Below are positions 56,779-64,000 of a DNA stretch of 64,000 nt, piece by piece (positions within the stretch are counted from its first letter, which is position 1; every line of letters starts with the position of its first letter). Below the pieces are notes generated by a model. It was not told the DNA's origin. It made no database searches and saw only the letters and a list, made by a program, of their open reading frames with translations. The stretch is from Octopus sinensis. Taxonomy: Eukaryota. The stretch spans positions 46,562,001 through 46,626,000 of the forward strand of contig NC_043005.1 in NCBI RefSeq assembly GCF_006345805.1, written 5' to 3'. Both the position numbers and the translations under genes were made by a program.

Positions 56779-58328
56779 CACGACTACAAGAACTAAAAGA
56801 TACCCTAATCACCAGGAACTATCCACCTTCACTTATTGACAATGCATTCAACGTGCCCTTCAACTTAACATCAAGGAACTGAGACATCCCAAATCAAAGA
56901 AAAACTTACAACCAAAAGCCTTACCATACATCTCCACACACAACCCTCTCAATAACGAAGCCTTCGACACCATCCTCCACAACATACCCCTCCTAAAAAA
57001 GACCACAGAATGAACACAATCCTCCAAACACACACGATCATAAAAAGCAAAAGACAGCCTAGATCCATGAAAAGTCTCCTTACACAAGCCCGAATTCACT
57101 CTTCAACACAGAAGCCGACAGTAAAAAAATGTGGAAGACCCAATTGCGGGATATGCGACTATCTAATCGAGGGTTCTGAGTTCTCCTTCAAACAGGGACA
57201 ACGGTTTACAGTGAAAAGCAACTTCACGTGTGCTTCGGAGAACCTAATATACTCACTAACCTGCTCCGGGTGTCAAGAGCAGTACATAGGCCAAACAAAA
57301 AAATGGTTTGCGTAAACGAATGGCCCTGCACAGATCCCAGATAAAAATTCCCCAAAACAGAAAAATAGCTTTTAGCCAACACATAGATACTTGCGCCAAC
57401 AAAAAAACACCAAACTTCAAAATTTTCCCCCTCTACCAATTAGGGACGATACAACCTCGAGACAAAGAATAAGTAAAGAAAATCTCTTTATTACAAAATA
57501 CAAGCCACTTCTTAACGGGTCTACGACAAACAATTAATATACCTCAACTTTAGAATAAAAGAAAAAATATATATATACACACACAAATACTACACTCCAT
57601 AGAATCCATTACTAATCAGCCCCTTCATAGCTATATTTACACCATTCATATTCTCCCTTCTCTGTTTTTTTCTTCTTCTTCTTCTTCATCATCATCGTTA
57701 TCATCATCATCGCGCGTCATCATCATCGCACCACCATCATCACCACCATCTTCTCCTTCTCCTCTTCTTCTTCATCATCATCGTTATCATCATCATCGTC
57801 GTCATAATCATCACCACCATCACCATCATCTTCTCCTTCTCTTTCTCCTTCTCTTTCTCCTTCTTCTTCTTCTTCTTCTTCTTCTCCACCCCCTACCCCT
57901 TAAGTTTGTCACTAATGTTTTTTAGTATAACACCTACGCTAATTCTATAAACAAGCCTGTCAATATAAATATTCTCCTGAATGAACTGAGACTGCCAGCC
58001 GCCACTGACCATTCAAAATACGACCATCAGGGCACTCCCAGATTCTCCCACCCCCCTTTCCTCACCAGCCTTCCCTCTACTACCCTACCAAGAACTCACA
58101 ACTACCTCGAACACACAAGTGCAAACAAGGGAGTCAGAGAAAGGCAGAATGCCACTTAAATCTGAACACTACTATAGAAATATTCTTTTAAGAAAACTTT
58201 TCTTCTAATTTTTCTAAATTTAATTATTTAATCGTTACAGTGAAAAGGTCTCAAAATGACCGAAACCGGTACTGAAATGTTCACTATAAAATTATTTTAG
58301 CATTTTCTATTTTTTTACTTGTTTTTTC
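56779..58328 (+). mobile_element. Penelope-like element 3' portion: right arm of the palindrome
   Basis: TRLQELKDTLITRNYP, then KCGRPNCGICDY...FTCASENLIYSLTCSGCQEQYIGQT (Cys-rich linker plus IY...YIG nuclease motif; ORF 57010-57315). The linker suggests a Neptune-like clade (inference). Confidence 0.9.
58235..58277 (+). ncRNA. Mirror copy of the hammerhead, missing one U in the core
   Basis: UUACAG -UGAAAA GGUC UCAAAAU GACC GAAA CCGG UA CUGAAA. Confidence 0.55.
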
Positions 58329-58362
58329 ATATATATCAACTCGTGTGTTCCTTTTCACCCTT

Positions 58363-58408
<46 letters not shown>

Positions 58409-58410
58409 CA

Positions 58411-58457
58411 AAAACTGTCCGACGAACGGCAACGTGAAACTCAGAGTAACAGGTTTT
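58411..58457 (+). ncRNA. Minimal type I hammerhead ribozyme, different family, probably a solo Penelope pLTR (~58405-58556)
   Basis: AAAACUGU CCGACGA ACG GCAA CGU GAAA CUCAGAG UA ACAGGUUUU. Stem I CUGU/ACAG; stem II ACG/CGU with a GNRA loop; near-palindromic ACUC-A-GAGU; GUA site; U4C in the core. Confidence 0.7.
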
Positions 58458-58555
58458 GTTGAATTTTCCGCTGCTTTAAATAAAGCATATTACTCTACCA
58501 CTGGTATTTGAGTACTCTTTTTTCCACCTTGTTTCACATTTATGTTTTACTCCGG

Positions 58556-58659
<104 letters not shown>

Positions 58660-59301
58660 TGTGTGTATTTTCCCCTTGCTTCCAATTAGCACGGTAAAAA
58701 TAGATACACAGTTGCCAGGGTTGCAAAAATTCGCACAAATGAAAAGGGCGTAACTCCTTGTTTTTAAAGGAGAAACTACGGGTTTACGTGAAATATTTTG
58801 TATAATATATATAAATAAATACATAAATGGAGTTAAACGCAGGTGTTATTCAAACAATGTAATCTTCTCTTCAGGGAAATGAGGAAATAAACTCGTCAAT
58901 AAGACATTTTAACAGTGAAGTGATGAACTGAACGCTATTAAGTTTAAAAACAATAAACATTAGAGGATATAACGTCAAATGTAGCATATAGAAAGAGGTG
59001 TGTAAAAGAAAGGAAAAAACAAATAAATGAGAAGTATATAACGATATGTAAATTAAATAAAACCCTATAGTCTTGGAAAAAGATATATCTAGTCAATGTG
59101 AAATGTAAGAAGAAAATATGTATGTACATGTATACTGACAATTGAAGGGCAGGGAAAGCGATGGAGTGAAAAAAGAGCATAAGATTTTAATGCTAAACCC
59201 GGAATTCGAGAACCAACAAATGATTGTACAGTCTCGTGTAACCAATTTTTCATAACTTTTCTAACTTCCCGACCTCGACAAATGCATATATGAGCGTTCG
59301 C

Positions 59302-59352
<51 letters not shown>

Positions 59353-59859
59353 ACACACACACACACAAAACCACGCGAATACGTACATAAAGAAATATTA
59401 TTTTATGGTTTTATCATCCGCTATATGATTTTAATGAAAATAGCGAAGAACAACAGTTTTTATGTTACAACATGTTTCATTATGTTGGTGAATATATTTG
59501 TTCTTAACACATCCTATTAATTGGTCTGTCAGGAATAGGTTGTGATGAATAAGAGAAAAAGATCTTCAGGCAAAGCTGACTTATCCGTTTTCGGATTCAA
59601 TTAAACGTAAGACTGTGATAGATGGCATTATGAGCAAAACGAAACACAAGGAATATAACTACACAAAATACTAGACACAAGAATGCGTGCTTCATTAAGT
59701 TTTGGTTGACACTGTTCATGAATGTAAGTTAGTCGAAACTTTAAGTACCGGAAGTTCGCGCTCAAAGACCGACAGTTTTTCCACGCATTTATTCAGTAGC
59801 AAATAGGTAGAAACGTTACAAAGTAGGACCAAATAAATTCTGCAGTATAACAAACTGCC

Positions 59860-60183
59860 TTTATGTAGGTTACGACGAAAAGGGTTCCAGTTGATCCGAT
59901 CAACGGAACAGCCTGCTTATGAAATTAACATGCAATTGGCTGATCCCGCCCACAGACACGTGTACCCTTAACATAGTTTTCAAGAAGATTCAATGTAACA
60001 CAAAATGGTTCAAGGCTGGCGGCACTTTGAATTAGAGGCACAACCCAAATTTGACAGATAAGTGGACTGGAACAAAGTGTAATAAAGTGTCTTGGTCGAA
60101 GACACAGCGTGCCATGTAGTATCGAATTCACGATCTCATGGTTGTGAGTTCGATACCCTAACCACCGAACCACGTTCCTTCAC
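59860..60183 (-). mobile_element. SINE: V-like body plus tail type 2, degenerate
   Basis: GTTGATCCGATCAACGGAACAGCC tail; GATAAGTGGACTGGAACAA body; tRNA-like head ending at ~60183. Confidence 0.75.
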
Positions 60184-61221
60184 ATTCCACAGTAGCATTG
60201 TTCACAAACAGGTGGGGATGCTATCCACTTCGGGCGAAGCGCTTACAGCGGTGACATTTTTGGGTCTGCAGCTTAAGTGCATATAAGCTGTATTGCTGGG
60301 TGGCGACAGACTCAAGGACTATCACGGGTGGCATTCACTCAACCTGCGGTATTGTCCTTCCAGTATTTACTTCAAGTTTGTGCTCTCTGAGTTCAAATCC
60401 CGCCGCCTGAGTCAGCACTGCATTTTCTCCTTCCAGGGTCGATGACGCAAAATACATGTCCATAGCAGTGGATTGAAGGAATTGTTAGACTTCGTTCAAC
60501 CGGTATACGTTGCCGTATTTGCTCGGGCTCTTGCTAGTCAATGTTCTTGACTGGCAGACTTCTCCACCCGCCTCGTTCTTGAGTACAATTTGTGGGATTC
60601 ACTTTGTTGCAAGCATTTGAACCAGCTCACCAGTTTGAAGGTAACTTGCTTTCATCTTTTCTCACAAAACTCTGAAACTCTGCAAAAGAAGTGTCCCGAG
60701 CGCAGCTGTTTCCTCTCTGACTAAACTGTGAAACAATCGACGTCATTTGATAACATAGACAACCTCCATATATCAATATCTCAGTCAAATTAATTAACTT
60801 TTTTTAGTCTTCTTTTTTTCAGATCTATTTGGATTAAAATCCTTATAAAACTCTAGAATAAGCATAGTAAACTTACTACAGTGTATTAGCTTTTCACGAT
60901 CTCGAAATCGGTTAGTTTAACAGAGGAAAAGTTTATGATATGTAAGAAGGAAAGGGGGAGAATGAATAAAATGTGAAATCCTCCTTTGATTACATAGAAT
61001 CTGTGTATATATATGTATTTGTTTTAATCCAAATTTCAAATTTATACCAGTATCTTATAAATCAAAACAGACATTTGACATTCATGTCTTTCTAAAGAGA
61101 AGGAAAAATTTAAATGAACATCAAATACGACACCGCCAGCTCATTGACTAGATAAGTGTAAATTTGGTCTTGGTATATCAATGTTAGCTGGCGTATTGTA
61201 CATTACTTTTCTGCACCGGAT

Positions 61222-61550
61222 ACTCTTTACTCTTTACTCTTTTACTTGTTTCAGTCATTTGACTGCGGTCATGCTGGAGCACCGCCTTTAATCGAGCAAC
61301 TCGGCCCCAGGACTTATTCTTTTGTAAGCCCAGTACTTGTTCTATCGGTCTCTTTTGCCGAACCGCTAAGTAACGGGGACATAAACACACCAGCATCGGT
61401 TGTCAAGCAATGCTAGGGGGACAAACACAGACACATACACATACGTATATATATATATATACACACATATACGACGGGCTTCTTTCAGTTTCCGTCTACC
61501 AAATCCACTCACAAGGCTTTGGTCGGCCCGAGGCTATAGTAGAAGACACT
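61222..61550 (-). mobile_element. SINE family A, 5'-truncated
   Basis: Reverse complement of the family A consensus with a TACTCTT-repeat tail. Confidence 0.9.
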
Positions 61551-61704
61551 TTGTTTTTATGTACATTTAAAGAGTGATTCACTTTTGTATTAAACATGAA
61601 TTAGCCTGAATAATTATTTCTTAATAAATATGTAGTTAAAAAATTCTTCAATAATTCCAGAATAAAAATGAATGACCAAATACTGAATTCCAACAACAGT
61701 AGGG

Positions 61705-61836
61705 AACTAGAAAAGCACGTGGAGAGCGCAGAGCTCCGCCAAGCAGCTCATTTCACCCATATACACGCATGCTGAAAATTGCCCAATTTCCCAAACCAGC
61801 ACCGGCAAAAACATAACCTCCTTGGCGGGGTTAAAA
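61705..61836 (-). mobile_element. Helentron-type non-autonomous mini-element (HINE-like)
   Basis: Minus strand: CCCCGCCAAGGAGGTTATGTTTT...CTTGGCGGAGCTCTGCGCTCTCC...CTAGTT; subterminal inverted repeat CCGCCAAG/CTTGGCGG. Confidence 0.6.
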
Positions 61837-61958
61837 TAAATAACACTTATGATTTTAAAACAAACCTTTAAAAACAGGAATCGTCTGAAGCAGTTATAAT
61901 ACATCAATGACAACAGCAAGCTAGTTTCACCATTCAACTAAAAAGAAACAACAATTAC

Positions 61959-62270
61959 CTAAAACTTGAGTGATACACACACAACATCTTGGTCGGAAAA
62001 ATAACAGTCGGTTAAGGTGACTTGTGGACGCCGATCCTGGTCCTCATAAACATAATCTAGCAGGCTTCCATAGTCGGTGGTGGGTTTTTGCACTCTTTGG
62101 TCGAACTCAAACTGGTTTATAGTTGTCAAGATCTCATGATTAGGGTAATCAAGGAGATCCACATTGAAATCACCAAGGACGATGGTCAGATGATTCCTTG
62201 GCAAAGATAAAAGAGGTATCTGTCTACTTACGAAACTAAACTTACCTGCCTTACCTTCTTTACATCCCTA
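61959..62270 (-). pseudogene. APE/EEP-type endonuclease C-terminal fragment of mobile-element origin
   Basis: TIVLGDFNVD...KPTTDYGSLLDYVY...DCYFSDQD matches the GDFN / PT..LD / SDH motifs, with the catalytic H replaced by Q; in-frame stop upstream. Confidence 0.75.
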
Positions 62271-62589
62271 TGTGGTCAGGATAGTATCAATCATCCCTCA
62301 GGAGTCCATAGATACGCAAGTAAAATTACTAACAGAAAAACGAAAATAACACTTCGGAAACAGCAACGCCACCATAGGTTACGTGGAACCGATGAACGTG
62401 TTTTCAAGGGAGATAATCAAAGAACATAACTAATACTTCATGTAAAGTAAATATAACAAATGAAAAATCCTTCAAGAATCCATAAAAATTCCCGTGTTAC
62501 TAACAAAATTTCATCATCTGTTCCTTGTGTTATTACCAACTTTTGCTGCAAGTTTCATCAAATACCGTTCACATATATATTTGTATCAC

Positions 62590-62966
62590 TCCGTCGATTA
62601 CGAATACGAAAAGGTTCCAGTTGATCCGATCAACGAAACAGCCTGCTCGTGACATTAACGTGCAAGTGGCTGAGCACTCCACAGACACACATACCATTAA
62701 CGTAGTTCTCGAGGAGATTCAGCGTGACACAGAGTGTGACAAGGCTGGCCCTTTGAAATACAGGTACAACAGAAATAGGAAGAAAGAGTGAGAGAAAGTT
62801 GTGGTGAAAGAGTACAGCAGGGTTCTCCACCACCCCCTGCCGGAGCATAGTGGATCTTTTTAGGTGTTTTCGCTTAATAAACACTCACAACGCCCGGTCT
62901 GGGAATCGAAACCGCGGGCCCTACGACCGCCAGTCTACTACCCTAAACACTGGGCCATTGAGCCTA
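62590..62966 (-). mobile_element. SINE: body X plus tail type 2
   Basis: Closely similar to 6658-7042. Confidence 0.85.
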
Positions 62967-63305
62967 CACACACACACACGCACATGTATTTTGCGTGCGT
63001 GTGTTTGTGTGTGCGTGCGTTTCTGTTTGTGTTAGAATCCTTACTCTTAGACAACCGATATTGGTTTGTTTACGTTACCACAAATTAGTAGTTCGGCAAA
63101 AAGTAATAAACAAAGATAGATGCAATAAATGGCGTCTTTATCACAATTGTTTATCAAGACATCACTATTTCCCTACTTCTTATCATGCATCTATTGAGCA
63201 AACACTTAGGAACTCCTTCGGTTGCACGGCATTTTTTAGCATCGTTGTGAAGCCCCGGGTAATCCTTTACAAACGTATGACTCAAAAAATTCCAATCTTG
63301 AGAAG

Positions 63306-63562
63306 TGAAGGTAAAGTTACCTCATCGAGTCATGCCGGCTCATAAGGGTCGGTTTCCCGGTTTCTATGGCGTATAAATTCCCCACCTGACCGGGACGCTG
63401 GTCCATCGCATCGTTACTCATTTTTGCCAGCTGAGTGGACTGGAGCAACGTGAAATGAAGTGCTCTGCTCAAGAACACAACACGTCGCTCAGTCCAGAAA
63501 TCGAAACCACAACTTTATGCTCGTTAATCCAACAACTACTAAGTCACGCGCCTCCACCACCT
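63306..63562 (-). mobile_element. SINE: V-like body plus tail type 1
   Basis: GAAGGTAAAGTTACC...CCCCACCTGACCGGGAC...ACTCATTTTTGCCAGCTGAGTGGACTGGAGCAACGTGAAATGAAGTG. Confidence 0.85.
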
Positions 63563-63569
63563 CAGTTTT

Positions 63570-63812
63570 AAGGGTACCTAAAACAACATTATGTCATATA
63601 TCTTTTCTTTATTTAGAACGGTACGATATGTTTTGCGAGATATTTGGCTGCTATTTCTAGCAGGTCATGACTATGACATAGAAGCTACTTAGGGTGCTGG
63701 CGCCGTCTGCTGTTGTTATTTAGTTCTTGGTCAGCACTGATCGGGCAGACCTGTGATCAAATGCTTTCCTGTTGTGACTATCTCATCAATTTCCTCTGTT
63801 CAACGCCTTAAA

Positions 63813-63844
<32 letters not shown>

Positions 63845-64000
63845 GAAGATACAGTGTGATTTCGGAGAGATTTAGCTATTTTTCATGAGCTGAGCAACCA
63901 CGAACAAGCTTCACCTTCGTTGTTGTTTTTTTAGTCTTTGGTTAGCACTGATCGAGCAGACTTATAATCAAAAGCTTTTCTGCAAAGATTATTCCATCAT
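63570..64000 (-). repeat. Two fragments of the CTAGAAATAGCAGCCAAAT-core repeat separated by (AAC)n
   Basis: GGTCAGCACTGATCGGGCAGACC at ~63730 and GGTTAGCACTGATCGAGCAGACT at ~63940; related to 3205-3350. Confidence 0.6.

Noticed and set aside
58850-58885. CUGAAGA on minus followed by a weak stem and GAAU
   Set aside because: Stem II is poor and GAAA is absent.
60632-60682. 49-nt minus-strand segment between TTCTTTTGCAG and GTGAGC splice-like sites
   Set aside because: Too short to distinguish from chance; no partner exons identified.

Overview
AT-rich eukaryotic DNA, almost entirely intergenic or intronic. The repeat families and the very high load of (TA)n/(CA)n/(TATG)n/(GA)n/(AAT)n microsatellites point to an Octopus (coleoid cephalopod) genome; this is recognition from memory, not a database result. 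I cannot support any host protein-coding gene: most ORF-track entries are translated microsatellites or SINE read-throughs. The real coding remnants are all mobile: three Penelope-like retroelements (RT and/or GIY-YIG), one Tc1, one mariner, two maT-like (DD37D-type) transposons, a CR1/L2-type LINE 3' end and an APE-like endonuclease fragment. There are also two MITEs, a non-autonomous Helitron, a Helentron-type mini-element and more than 30 tRNA-derived SINE copies. The most striking structure is a ~3.07-kb near-perfect palindrome (55254-58328, 3-nt spacer) made of two head-to-head, identically 5'-truncated Penelope copies. Their 3' ends carry a minimal hammerhead ribozyme whose core shows the compensatory U3-A8 pair. 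Two further minimal hammerheads lie at 40856-40901 and 58411-58457. All coordinates and alignments were read by eye.
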